Shown here in pieces: positions 24,801-37,739 of a stretch of DNA of 64,000 bases. Origin of the DNA: Saccostrea cucullata (lineage: Eukaryota); assembly GCF_032062105.1 (NCBI RefSeq), contig NW_026934500.1, forward strand, positions 310,001 through 374,000. Direction: 5' to 3'. Within the stretch, counting starts at the first letter, position 1. Every line of letters starts with the position of its first letter. Position numbers and translations under genes: made by a program. The notes below the pieces were generated by a model, which saw only the letters and a program-made list of their open reading frames with translations, searched no databases and was not told the DNA's origin.

Positions 24801-27800
24801 TGTACTGCGTTGTTACACTGCAGACACATCAAGGAAATCCCTAAATTCAAACTCTTATTCCAGTCATCCAGTTCTCAAGTCAATATAGCTATGTACATTG
24901 GTGTTTTGCAAAATCGATATTAGTATTACAATGTCGAAAAAATTACAATTGAGTGTTTACTTATTGACACCTAGATTTTGTAAGCTTTACAAAAAATGTC
25001 AAAAGTATAAAAAGATTTCATACCTTTGTCAAACTGAAGTAGGAGAACAAGCACGGTACATGTTATAAATTCTGTAATCATTAATACGATTGTGATGCTG
25101 ACATATGTTACAATTACAGAAACTAATTTAACTGTTCTGGAAAAGAAATTTGTGTTTTTTCATCAAATAAAGTTATATAACTGCAGTCAAACAAACAGCT
25201 CGAAGGAGTAATAGTTTATCGATTGAAAAACTTTCAATTATTATTAAAATAGTGATTATGAAAACTCTGTTGGAAGACTCAGGAGTATGGCAACAGTTAC
25301 ATCAATTACAGGCTCTAATACAAGATTCTTTTTTTGTCCCCATTCAAGTGATTAATAGTACAGACATTCAGTCCAGGTTAAAAAGGGGCCAAATATACAA
25401 AAGTTTACAAGGTAAGAATTTTTTGCTGTATTAATAATTACAAGAGACCCATGGAACGCATTGCTCACATGAGCATTTTGGCTAAGAAAAGTAGAAATCA
25501 GGGGCCCTTTTACAAAAGAACGTACGAATAAGACCATAAGCCTTGGTTGATTATAAAAAATAATTATTCTGTTTTTAATTTTATTTAAACAAGTATTGAG
25601 TATAACTAACGTATATTAAAGTATTTAAACAATAAAACTGAATGGTATAAGGCAGCATTTTTTTTAGTCTTACTATTGCCAATGGTATATGATAAGCCAT
25701 ATTACTGATATCAAGGTAATTCAGGTATCTGGGCTCTTCATATGTCCGGGACACCTGACAAATTGACTGGGAACCAAAGCCCAAAGGTACTAGTATATGG
25801 AAGCATCTATAGGGTAATATGATATTGTGATCAAAATTTTACAAAGAAATTTGTAGATAAAAACCTTTTTTTTCAAAAACAGCAAATCCATGATCACATT
25901 TTATGTGGAAGTATCCACAAATAGTATAGATTCAATTCATAACCCCTCCCCTACAAACTATTAACTACTGAACTGGGGTTTGTTTTACATAAAAACTTAC
26001 GACTAAGAACAAATTTTAATCCTGCATAATTTCTAATTAACATTATATTGACAGTGGTTTTAATCTTTTGAAAGGAATGTATTGAGTTAAGTTTACAAAG
26101 GCAATTTTAAACAGAAAATTTTTTTAATGCCCTTCCATTGAATTTGATCAAACTTGAAATACCTTTACCCGAGAGTACTTTGTGGCAAGTTTAATTGAAA
26201 TTGACCAAGTGGTTCTTGGGAGGAAGTCGAAAATGTGAAAAGTTTAAATGTTGAAAAGTTCATATTTTATTTATTTAATATATACAAGCTAAAAAAATAT
26301 TTTAAATATTGTACATGGCAGTTGCCAAATGGAAACAGACGTCAACGCATTTTTTTTTTAATTTTAATTCTTTATACCTGAAATGAGAAGAAAAATGTGT
26401 TATAGAAAACGAAAATTATGTCATTATTACGATTGCTTGATCTTTTATAAACCTTTTTTGAGAGTTTTACCAATTTTGCTGGATATTTAGTTTATTAATT
26501 GATAATTTACCTAGACAACGTCAAATTTTCAAGTCATACGTTTTGTGAAAACAGTCTTAAACGCGTATATTATTGACATAGGCTGGGGAAAAATGCATTT
26601 CATTACTGGTTTTCCATAAAGGTGTGGCTGTCTTTTGAGGGTTTTGTTTTAAGTGTTTATCCCCCTTGACAATTTAAACGCGTTAATGGACGTTGTCGGC
26701 TGACGTACTGTTCCAAACATTGCTACTGAAATTGGAATATCATATGGAAAGATGGAGAATATTTTGATATATGAGTGAAAAATACTTGAATATATTTAGA
26801 AAAGGGCAGCATTTTGTAGAATTAGTATTCGATTTGGTGAGATGCTTCTAAAACGTGACGTGACATGTCTAATTTGACGAAACTGATAGGTTCACAACTA
26901 TTCATTTTCAGAAACGTGTGACCTTGAAATTGGAACGTGGTGAATTTTCCAATATTGTATGCTTTCATATCGAAAAAATTTTAGAAAGAAAGGATCAACC
27001 CTCGTATATACAAGCTATTGTAAATAGCAAAACAGGTAAGATGCAATAATTCATGATGGAGCATTAATTACGATGTTTGAAATTTGTTGCAATTTTACTA
27101 TTTTAACTGAAAATTATAAAACAGGTAAGATGCAATAATTCATGAAGAGAGAAATTGTTGCAATTTTACTATTTCATCTGAAAATTATAAAACGAGAAAG
27201 GGAGAGTGAGGGGGAGAGAGTTAAATTTAACAATACTTACATTTCACTTTCTCTAAAGATTTAATAATAAATTTCAAAGAAAAAGACATAAAGGATTATA
27301 AACTTCTTCTGTTCATATTCAATTCAATAAAATTACTTATTAGAAGATTTAATTGAAGCCAAAATACTCTTCTGTCGCCCTGTATAAAAATTGATTTCTT
27401 AAAAATAATACTTTGCATGCCATAGCAGAGAATTTTTTAATCTTGCTGATCATAAGTATTTGAGTTTAAAATTACACAGAAAATCAACAAAGTGGCATAT
27501 TTTTAAATCAAAATATCCCCCACTCCAAAAAATATAGTTCGGGAAATATTGCTCAAACACCATTTTTATCATGAAGAGGAAGAGCGAGGTACATGTAAAT
27601 CTAGATCTATAGGCTGTTGTATTTTATGTCTTTATCAACAAGTTGCATATTATATTAAGATAAAGAACGAAGAATAATTTGAATAATGAATAATTGGGAA
27701 TCTATGTAACACTAGGCTTTAATAGGTTGGAAAGTTTGCAGTGACCTTTGCTGTTTACTCATTACATTGTTACCTACATTTTACGTAAGCAGAAAAAAAA

Positions 27801-27822
27801 TGAAGCAGTATCTACCTTTCAT
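17602..27822 (-). CDS. Paralog C: secreted mosaic protein (~1040 aa) of two three-finger-like modules, two mucin-like blocks and a C-terminal IgGFc-binding protein N-terminal-type domain
   Basis: Putative ATG micro-exon 27822-27816 (ATGAAAG|gt, tentative); 25071-25024 (EFITCTVLVLLLQFDKG); 24840-24758; 24356-24288 (GC donor); 23802-23679; 21764-21670; 21412-21344; 21256-20518 (acidic 25-aa repeats); 20314-20189 (ILNGRRKRFISCHVCCRGDLCNDLC); 19598-19104 (12-aa TTSNPTTPSPTR repeats); 18866-17602. Phases are consistent throughout; the N gap falls in the intron between 20189 and 19598. Confidence 0.85.
19821..20087. other. Assembly gap (N run) in an intron of paralog C
   Basis: 267 N bases. Confidence 1.
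21920..23678. repeat. Intronic 60-80-bp tandem repeat in two blocks (21920-22220, 23450-23678) separated by a Penelope-like fragment (22450-22970, minus)
   Basis: Unit agtgaacatacctgaatactttagtgttcgcctt..gaagaatatgttgg recurs in both blocks. Confidence 0.75.
24035..24245. mobile_element. Short MITE with TACTGT...ACAGTA ends
   Basis: tactgtagaagtactttttt ... aaaaaagtatgtcaacagta imperfect TIRs. Confidence 0.6.
25440..26295 (-). mobile_element. Degraded Helentron/HINE-type element
   Basis: acaagagacccatggaacgcattgctcacatgag terminal box and tggcaagtttaattgaaattgaccaagtggttct monomer remnant. Confidence 0.55.
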
Positions 27823-28423
27823 GATGGTTTTCGTCAGTAGTGACCGTAACATTTACTTCATTCAATAGATATAACGGTGCTTGTGAAAGTCTTATCGTGT
27901 TCCGTCCAGATATTGACTCTTGTCTGCACATATTACCGCGGTATTAGTGTCACGAATTCAAATTCTGTTGGTTACATGGAGATCACAAGTTTTTATTATT
28001 TACTTGCAATCTTAAATGCTGTTATAACTTAGTTGCAATCTTTTGTGTTTGAAAGAAATGGTTACTGGGATTAATATTTTCTTTACTCAAATTTAGGAAA
28101 AATACATGTCAATAATTTTATCTCTGAGGTTTTGAATTTTCAAGAAATACACATGCTTTCATGTAGATTTTCATAATTAAAAAACGTCCTAAAATATTAG
28201 GCCTACACTTAAGGTAAGCTATAGATCTTAATTTAGATAGATAATATGTAGAGAAATATAAATGAAGATATTAGATACATATAATCAATGTTCAATAAGT
28301 AGATTAATTAATAGGTTGGACTACAAATGCAATTTGACTTGAAAAACTTCATGAAGGGAAGGATATCAAACATTTAGCATTGCCGAATAGTTTTCATATT
28401 CATTCTAGCCTATTTGGGAGATA

Positions 28424-28728
28424 ATATCCCAGATGGGATAATAATTTACAGTGCAAAAAAAGATAATTTGTATTTTGGCTATCGATATCCTAAATCCACA
28501 TCAAGATACTTATAAAGGAAACACTTTTGGTTGACAAGTTTTTCTGTATGCCCATTGTTTAGAGGTTTGATCCCTCGGAATTTTGATTTTCTGGGGATCA
28601 ATCTAACAAACTGTAGGGTTGCAGTAAAACTTGCTTGCCAAAAGTTAATCTTTTTAAAAAAGTGTTCTGTCAAAATAATAATTTTTTTTTTTTTTTTACA
28701 CTGTAATCTTATATCCCATTTAGGATAT
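28424..28728. mobile_element. Probable ~300-bp MITE
   Basis: atatcccagatgggataataatttacagtgcaaaaaa is mirrored by ttttttacactgtaatcttatatcccatttaggatat. Confidence 0.5.
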
Positions 28729-31700
28729 ACATGAACATAAACGGTATCATGTAAAAACTCCACAATCCCCATAAGAAGGTGCTAACGGTAAAATGTTGGA
28801 ATATTCTCTTTCATCAGAAGATTCCGTAAATGCATAAAAAGCACAGAGAAAGTCACGATACAAGGATACCTGCAGCGGCCTCAGGTCGTGGTCATTCTCG
28901 ACCTCCGGAATATCTCCAGTAGTAGTAGGAACGGTGTTAGACCGCTCGACCAGTTAGGATAGTTAAAAACTTGCCTTCGCTGGCGGCGGAATTCTTGTAG
29001 CACCACCATACAGTACACGGAGATTGAGAATAAAAGTGGGATACAGCTTTATGAACTTTAAATTTATCATTACAGATACACATTGTAGTGATATTTCAAT
29101 TTGAAGTACAACGTACAATCTTTTTTTTCACAATGGATTCCTTTACTTACAACTGCAAATAACTGTAACTCTGTCTCACATCCATTCTTATGGACATAGC
29201 CAAAGGAATTCTTCAGCCATCGATGAACACGTTTTTTCTTAACTTACCTTGGAGGTAGAGCGGTCTAACGAGATGTTCCTACACTACTAGAAGACAGGTT
29301 CCAAAGGTCGAGATTTCAACTACGGATTGCATGAGACGGTAGAGAAACATATATTTTGTGGTTAAAGACGATTAGAGGTACATTGTATATGGACAATACT
29401 AATGTGATAAAATCTTTTGGTGGGTTAAGTTTTTTCCCTACTTATTGTTCTTTTTAAAAATTTAAACAATTGATCAATCGATTGATTCTTTGTTGTTTCA
29501 CTTCCTATGCGAGAATTTTTCACTCATGTGAGACGTCACTACATGCCGGTGAATACTTCTAAATTAAGAAATTTACTAAACACTCAGAAACATTGGAAAA
29601 GGTGGGGTTTTTTGGCCGTGTTTATGCCTACCATAAATGAGACTTTGAATTTAAATGTTTCACCCGAAAGAGGGATGACTTTCATTTATAAAGCACAATT
29701 ATTGTTTAAGCTTTCTTTTACGGTCATATAAGGTTTAAAAATAGATTTTACCTTGATCGGAGAGTGAGTGTTTCAGTCTTAAAACAAGACTGCAACAGGG
29801 CAGCATCCCCCTAGAGTATAGTATCTCTCCAGAGCAATTTCTTTACGGGGCAAGAAACATAAAAGTGAGTCTCTCCCGGTCCCACGTGTTGACTTCCTCT
29901 CTTTTGATACTGTGACTCTGTAGGAGAAGGATGACTCTAGGTCGACATGTCCCCGCCCCCTTTGGGAACCTTGCTTACCCTATAGCAAGCCCTCTAAGGG
30001 AAATTATACTCTTGATATTCAAAACTGCTACATCGCAGATTTCTAAGTCCTTGTACTTGATCAAATGACCTCTCTGTCCCAACCCTATTTGAAACTTCTT
30101 GACTTCTTGTTTTACTTTTCGAAGACTTTTTTAAAATGCATTCTTTGTGAAAATTTATAGGGAAAATGCTCAGTCATCGACAATTATATGTAGCAAATAT
30201 TATAACGATTATCCATGACAGATGTAGATTCTGAACGACTATGGTCAGTGAATATGAATGTTTGACCCGCCTCTCCCTCCAGTATGTTGGATCTTAAAAA
30301 AATGAATTGTGTAATATATATACTGGAAAAGTTCAGCATACAGATATGTGGTGGGAATAGTCCTCTCTATAATCATTTTGTGTATTACAAAGTATATTGG
30401 ATCTTGTGTCTCTGCTTATAAGTCTGTAAGGATGCCTTGGATTGTCGTTCGTTGCATAGAGCTTTTTAGGGGTTCTGTTTTTTATTAGAAATATCTAGAT
30501 GATTTTTAGATGTGTTTGCTCTATTTTATTTTTAAAGGTCCTTATTTAAGATTATAACGATGAATTTTCAATTAGTTTTAGAAGAAATATATGCAAATTA
30601 ATTATATTTTTTTATTAATGAAAATGAAAAAATAAAACAAAGAAATGTTCAGAATAATTTGAAGAATTCTGTTCGAAATTCCCTCCAAACTACACTTATT
30701 TCAGTGCTAAATAAAAAATAAAATATGTAATATACAAAAAATTAACCTCAGACATTTAGTCGGCATGTGTTATTTTATCTTTTAAGAATAGCCTATACAT
30801 TGTGCCCTCCGTTTCAATAGATAAATTAGTAATATACCAGTATATCATGCGGTAATCTATCATTTTTTAAAACCCTGCTTTCATGATTGTCACGTGATAC
30901 TGCAGGGCCTACGTGATGAAATTCATTCATTGAAATTGTGAATTGACTTTGTTCCTTTTAAATAATTAATAAGTTTGAAAATACAAATTATTGATTATTC
31001 GAAAAAATTTGATCAAAACAACTTCCATCGGAGCTGCATGTTTTTGATAATATCATTTACATTGAAAAAATGAAATCTGAATTAGCCTTTTCTAAAATAT
31101 AGGCAATTGTGAATAAAGAGGTGCGAGAGATACTTAGTGCAGTTTCAAATGTTAACTGTATAGCACTTTAATTAGACGAGTAAAATACAACGCAAAACAT
31201 ACTCTGACGTTGTGATGAGTCACTATAGGCAAATCAATGAAACTGAACAATCCTTAGCACACGTATTACGTAATGACTTTTTTTTATTTTAAAGAAATGC
31301 AATGAAAGCAAGAATTATTTCTCTCTGAATAGGTTGGGTATGTATGTAAAGCAATTTTTATATGTGGATCTACGTGACTTTTCAAATATATATTTGTTTT
31401 TTTTTTTTATTTTTTAACATTTTGAAAGATATTTCAAATGATACGGTGTACTTTAAATTACGCTGCAGGTATTTTTATTTGTAAGTTTGTTTGTTGTACG
31501 ACATAAATGTATATGTATCTTCTTGTATGAACTTATATTTTCCCATTTCATTTTAATTTCCGTAGTGGGGAGATGAGAGATTTTTGTATTATAACGCACC
31601 GGGAAGTATGCTGACATAAATTTGTCCGGATTTTGAGGAAAGAAGTGGAGATAAATTTTTTTCACTTCATAAAAGGGCGTTTAGTTTATTTTTATGTCCT

Positions 31701-32149
31701 TGGAAATTTGTTGATTCATCCACCATTACCATTTGAGGACAACTCTCTCTTCAGGGGTGAGTATCATTTTAATTTGTGTTATCACTATTTTAAGATTATT
31801 TATATGTGTTCTAAAACCATATTAGTCTGTCTGTCTGTCCCATGTGTTTTTCTAGACATGTGAGCTGATATTGGTTTTTGAATCTGTCTTGATGAGTTAC
31901 AGATGGATTCTGTGTTTTATTCTGCTTTGATGATTTTTGATAGATGAATTAAGGTCAATGCCGACAGGAGGCTATTCAAATTAATGTTATCTTGAAAAAA
32001 TAAATCTTCCATTACTCCGGATAGTAAACCATCAAACTGTTGGACATGATTATAATAATCAATGAGCCATTTTACCAAACCTGTGAATTTTATGGCTCCA
32101 GGGTTCATGACTTAAACTACAGGATGGAGCTAAGTTTTTTAAAACCTTC

Positions 32150-32430
32150 CTCTTAGCTCATCTTTCGAGGAAGCCTAATAGAAAGGCATTTGCACTTGGT
32201 TGGGTGGTCCGAGTTCGATTCTCGTTCCCGGCACCATGTTAAGCCCAAGACGTAAAATATACATGTACATGTTTGTAAGGACTGTGTTCTTCCCAAAAGC
32301 GTAAGAAGTGTAAGTTCGTGTCTATCCTGAAATGACCCTAAAACCTTAGTTCGTGTGCCACGTTAGCGATTGGTACAATACAAAAGCTCTCACACTCAAT
32401 GACCCTGTTAAGCAGTGAGTTTAATATGTA
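32150..32430 (+). mobile_element. Degenerate tRNA-derived SINE (a related remnant lies at ~29490-29700, minus)
   Basis: tagctca A-box-like and gagttcgattctc B-box motifs, followed by SINE-body-like sequence. Confidence 0.5.
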
Positions 32431-33209
32431 AAACTCTAAACTTGAAGTTTTTCTCTCATACATGTATTTGATGAAAGAGTAAAAGAATATATACGGTTTA
32501 TAATATCTACATTTTTTAAGGTCTTCTTCTCCACTCATGAACATTGAATAGGCAAAATGTTTGAATGATTTTAAAAAAAACTATTCCCTCCACCAATTTT
32601 GAGAAAATTCCTCACCCTACAACTCTAAATTCTCGAAATAAAATAATGAAGAAATCCAATTTAACAAATCCAAAAAAATCATTCATATAACTTTGAAAAC
32701 GTGATTATAAATTATGCTAGATAACCATTTTTGATATCCTTTTTGTTAATTAGGTGCATAAACATTTGAATTAAACAACAATTATTTGTACAAAAAATAA
32801 TTTAGCATTAACATCTTTGTATTTTAAACTTAATTTGTTTTGCAAATGAGAAAAACTCAATATGGAAAATCTGTTTCTGAATAAACGCTAAAGAAGGAAA
32901 TGTTTGCTCACAAGAAAAAAAAATTCGTTGGCAAAGTCTGTTTAGATGAGCACATTTTAAGTAGCCAAATTACGGTTATATTGAGGCCTTTCTTGTTTTG
33001 AATAACTCTTGATGTTTTAATGAAGCCAGAAAAATAATTTCTGTAATGATTATTTTTTCGGAGTATTTTTTTTAGTTTAGTATAGAAATAGGCCATATAC
33101 TCTTCAATGACAAGAAACAGCTTGCAATAAGAAAAGCAAAGTTAAACTGAATATAATAAATATTCCATATATTTAAAAACAAATACAGAAAAATGTGACA
33201 GTTATGAAA

Positions 33210-33643
33210 CTGTTTTTCTTTCATTATTTTAAACTTCTCGATACTTATAACTGATCAGCACTTCAGTCATACAAAGCTTGATATAAGAAAATATTATATT
33301 GCCTATTTATTTTTCTAATACCCAAAATATGTTACAGTTTAGTGCAAAAAGGTCACATAATTATTTCATTAATTTGGATTTGATCAATGATAAATTTATT
33401 CAAACTATTTTACGTAAAGTAAGAATAAATTTATTGCCATGGTTACAGCTGAAAAAATATAATAAGAGATAATTGTATAAAAGTAATAAACTAAGGGGTT
33501 AAAATTTAAGTGCAAATAGGTCAACTTAAATGCAAAGATGCACACTGACCCCCTATTTTTTGCGATTTTGAGTCACACTTTATAAACAATCCAAAATATA
33601 GTCAAAAAATCCTTGATATAAGAAATTTGAGGAGTGACTTACC
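33210..33643. mobile_element. Partial second copy (right end) of the Kolobok-like element at 9172-10094
   Basis: Aligns by eye with ~9645-10094 and ends gagtgacttacc|ttaa. Confidence 0.8.
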
Positions 33644-34199
33644 TTAATAGTAGGAGATTTATCAAGAAATTCATGCCCTAAATTTAAGTCTTTTTCATTA
33701 TTGATTGTTGCAAAACTCAGGAGAAGATATTAAGGATCTCGAAATTAACAATGCATGTGTGAATTCCAGGAATCATAAATAATAAAAACAAAAATTGATT
33801 ACTTTTTAAATCAAATATTTGCTGATTTGGTTCATTAATAGTCTTCGGTCAGGAGTATATAAAAATAAACCCTATTTCCATTGCTATTATGCTGTCTTTT
33901 CTCGAGAAATCTTTTCTTCCTTGTGTCAAAATTGACAAATAATTTTGCTTGTAAGCATTCTAGGCAGGGTATCTCTTGATTATACAAAATTTAGTAATAA
34001 GTGAGCACTATTCCTTCACTACTTCCTTCTTCCTGCGATATACTAAGCTGAGTAGGGACTGTTATTCCACCAGTAGTAGCCTCCCAAAGCTGTGTTTTAA
34101 AGATTTGCAGTAGACGAACGAAAACATGCATGTATTTCAAAAAGTCAATATATAATCATTCTGGTCAGGATAAGCAATTATTTAGTGTTTAATGGAATA

Positions 34200-34640
34200 A
34201 ATGGAGATAGCGAATATTTTGTCCAAGCTCTAAAGTACATTAAACAATGCAAAATTAAAGCAGAGCAAAAACACAGACCTTTAAAACATCAGAGTCGGGA
34301 CCACGTGCCAGAAGGAGTAGGCGTCCCCTGCCTACCGGTCACAATCGCCATGTGCTCCTTGTCAAGATCGGGAATAAACGGGGAAATTCGTAGACAATTC
34401 AGTGAATTAATAATGACCTAACCAATTATATAAAAACGTCAATCAGTATTTAACTTAATGAATGATAAATTGCATTTGCTAACAAGGTCATTGTATCGAT
34501 CATATAAATAACAAAATAATGCATTTAAACGAGACTAAATATTCTTGTTTCATCAAATTGTTTGTCAATAACTTACCTCGTTTTGGAAAGTGTTCATAAG
34601 TTGAGAATGATTTTGTGTAGCGAATCAACTGAGCGAGATA
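34200..34640 (-). mobile_element. Penelope-like 3' fragment
   Basis: Minus ORF reads VYLAQLIRYTKSFSTYEHFPKRGKLLTNNLMKQEY, followed by the shared 3' tail. Confidence 0.75.
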
Positions 34641-35715
34641 AACAAACAAAGAAGAAATTAACTCACGGACATCTCGGAGGCAAATTTTATTACCTGCGTA
34701 ATTGCAATAAGCAAACAAAACCTCTACAAAATCGTTTAATTCATCTCCCAAGGGCCCAGGAGTCAAATCCTAGGAGTGTACTAAATTGACCATATATTGA
34801 TAACATATGTTTTCTTTCTGAAGCTTCTAGGAGTCATACTGCCATCAAAGTAAAAACTAAATTTGTTATGTCTCCAATTTGATTTTCTTAAATTCAAAAA
34901 GTTAAAGTAGTGAAACAGACTTATGTTGAAGCAGAATATTTCTTTTAAAATACATTTTTTGGTTTTGTTTATTAGGTCTAGATGAATCTTTTACAAATAA
35001 TACAATAAATTGTACACTTATTTTGATTTATCAACAAATCCTGACTTATCTTGATTTAGAAGTAAGTCAAAATATGTGTACCCTTTTTTATTGGTATTGT
35101 GTATGTTTTCTCTGAAAATCTCTTCATTGTGTTTCATTCGCTAAAACTTCCTTATAACCATTTCAGAAAATCACGTTATCATACAATTTATGGTGCTTAA
35201 TGAAATGGGCGTTTTTGTGAATATATATATAGCCCTATCTGATTCCTGCGAGATACTACCTAAGTAGGGAGTGTTATAGTGTCTTTGGAGGGAAGTAATA
35301 TATATTTATCTTAGGTTTGCATTGAGCGGACAAAGATATATAATAGGTATAAAAAAAGGAAATTATTTTTCAAATTAATTTCTGGTAATAAAGAAGTATG
35401 TATTGATTTCCTTAACAAAGGTGATAAAAAGAGACTCCCTTAGGCTCACTACTATAATGCAAGTTAAGCTGCTTTAAAATTGAGGATTGTTCGAACTGTG
35501 CTTCACATTTCTGATATCAGATCTGAACGCTGCTTCTCTTTTACATGTATACTTTTCTGCAATGCTCTCTCGCGAAATCAAAGTTTTTCTCACCCTTAGT
35601 CCTTGCTAAACCCTTTTTAATAATTTCTTAACGTTTAAAACACCCTTATTTCAATTCAATTTTATCAGGACTGTCATTTTACATGAAAAGAAGTATCGTA
35701 TTTTATAAAGATACG

Positions 35716-36347
35716 TATGGCACGCCAAATTCACAAAAATGAGATAAACCTAGTTTCACATTTGATAAACTAGGTTTATCGACTGTAAACTATAGTTTAC
35801 AAACCGTAAACTATAGTTAACGATTCGTTAAATATAGTTAACGATTCGTTAAGTATAGTTTTCATCTGTAAAACTATATCTAACGGTTGTTAACTATAGT
35901 TTACGAATGATAATCTAAGTTTATATGTCTGTAATATGCGTTAACAATAGATTTTGTTGATAAACATAGATTCACGTTTGTAAACTATAGTTTACAATCG
36001 TAAACTATAGTTAAGAGTTGTTAATCATAGTTTCACAAATTGTGAAACTATATTTATCAGATCGTTAACATAGTTAACGGTTTGTAAACTATCGTTTACA
36101 AATCGTGAAACTGTATTTATCAGATAATATATGTTTTGCAATCGCAAATGATTGTTTTCGGTGTTAAGTATAGTTTACGGTTGTGAAACATAGATTATCG
36201 CGTTAACTATGGTTTACAGATGTGAAATATAGATTAACGTTGTTAACTATAGTTTACGGTTTGTAAACTATAGTTTACAATCGATAAACCTAGTTTATCA
36301 ATTGTGAAACTATGATTATCTCATTTTTGTGAATTTGGCGTGCCATA
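35716..36347. mobile_element. Non-autonomous IS3EU-like foldback element: TATGG ends, 6-bp TSD, internal ~20-bp palindromic tandem repeats
   Basis: gatacg|tatggcacgccaaattcacaaaaatgagataa ... ttatctcatttttgtgaatttggcgtgccata|gatacg; internal units gtaaactatagtttac. Confidence 0.85.
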
Positions 36348-37739
36348 GATACGGATTGCAAGACAAAAAACTAACAACTTAACTACATGTTGCCGGGTCT
36401 CTTCTCGTGTAACCTTGAAAAGACATGCACCTAGGATGTGCATTAGAGCAGTGATTTATTTACCTGGTTATCAATTAACTTAAAAATATCTGAGAGATGA
36501 GAAATATTCCTTTACATTTTGGAAATAAAAATATTTTAAACTAAATTTATAAAGGTAAAGGAATCTAGGGCTCAGAAAAAAGTCTTTATGAGAAATTGCG
36601 TAAGAGTGTCGGTTTTCGTCTGACTGAATTCTTTCTTTTCCTTCGATGTTTACACATTCTTTAAAGATCTCACTAATTCTTGAATCTTCCAAAAATATTT
36701 ACTCAAGTTAAATAATAAATATAAATAATATTTTGAAAATGCTCTGTTCATAATCACTGTTTGTCAAGTACATGTGTCTGGATATTTTTTTAATTTCATA
36801 CAGATTAGTTAAGACGAAGAAATGCATTTTGATCTGTAAAGTTCATTCACTACCTTGCCAAACTGGCTCATGCAAGTAAGAAAGGATATTGGGTGCTTGC
36901 AAAACTTTCATTTCTGTATGTACATGTATTGACCCCCCTTTCTCAAACATAAATAATTTTAAAGATTCATTGGTGTATTTGGATTTGTATGGTGTGGATA
37001 GGGGGAACCCTCCTCCCAGAGAATGTGATGCATGTTCAAGAAAGTCGATTTATAAAAGCATTTTTTTCTAAAAAAAAAGAAAGAAAAAAGTAATAACATG
37101 AGTATGAAGAGTTCAGCACCTCTGCTGATTATCGCCATGCTTCCTCAGCATTGATTTATTGGAAGACGATGTTATAATGATTCAACAATTTTTTCAAGAA
37201 AATATACACTGATCAAACAACTTTTCTCAAAGCTGTTTCCATCATTTACCCTCAGGGAGATACTGGTTTAGTTAAAAAAAGATAGAGCACATAATTCAAG
37301 CATATAAACCTTGTGTGTAGGTGACTTTGAGAAGGTCAAATGATGCCAAAATCGATTGCATGTCTCTTCTCAGAATCTGAAGCACGTGCTTTTAGGTTGA
37401 TAGTGGAGGCGCTTTTAAAGAACAGTGCTTCAATAATCGCTTTAAATTTATAATATTTTACCTCTTTGGGTTGAAAAAAATGTAGGATAGATGGTTGAAA
37501 ATAGTATTCATTAGGCGTATAATGCCATAGGATTTTCTCTTCGATCGATTGATGCAATAGTGCCATCATTTTCTTTAGACCGCAATGAACTCTTTCTGTT
37601 TCAGACATAACTGATGTAATGGTAGGATGAAGGGCTGAATATGGAACAACAGATTTATGAAATAAATTTGTGATTAAGTTGAACAAAAATTAACCTTTAC
37701 TTTCGAGGTGGACAAGTCGCGTGATTTTGAAGAACGATC

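Noticed and set aside
37336-37686. 116-aa minus-strand ORF upstream of SLC13
   Set aside because: No recognisable motif or supporting splice pattern.
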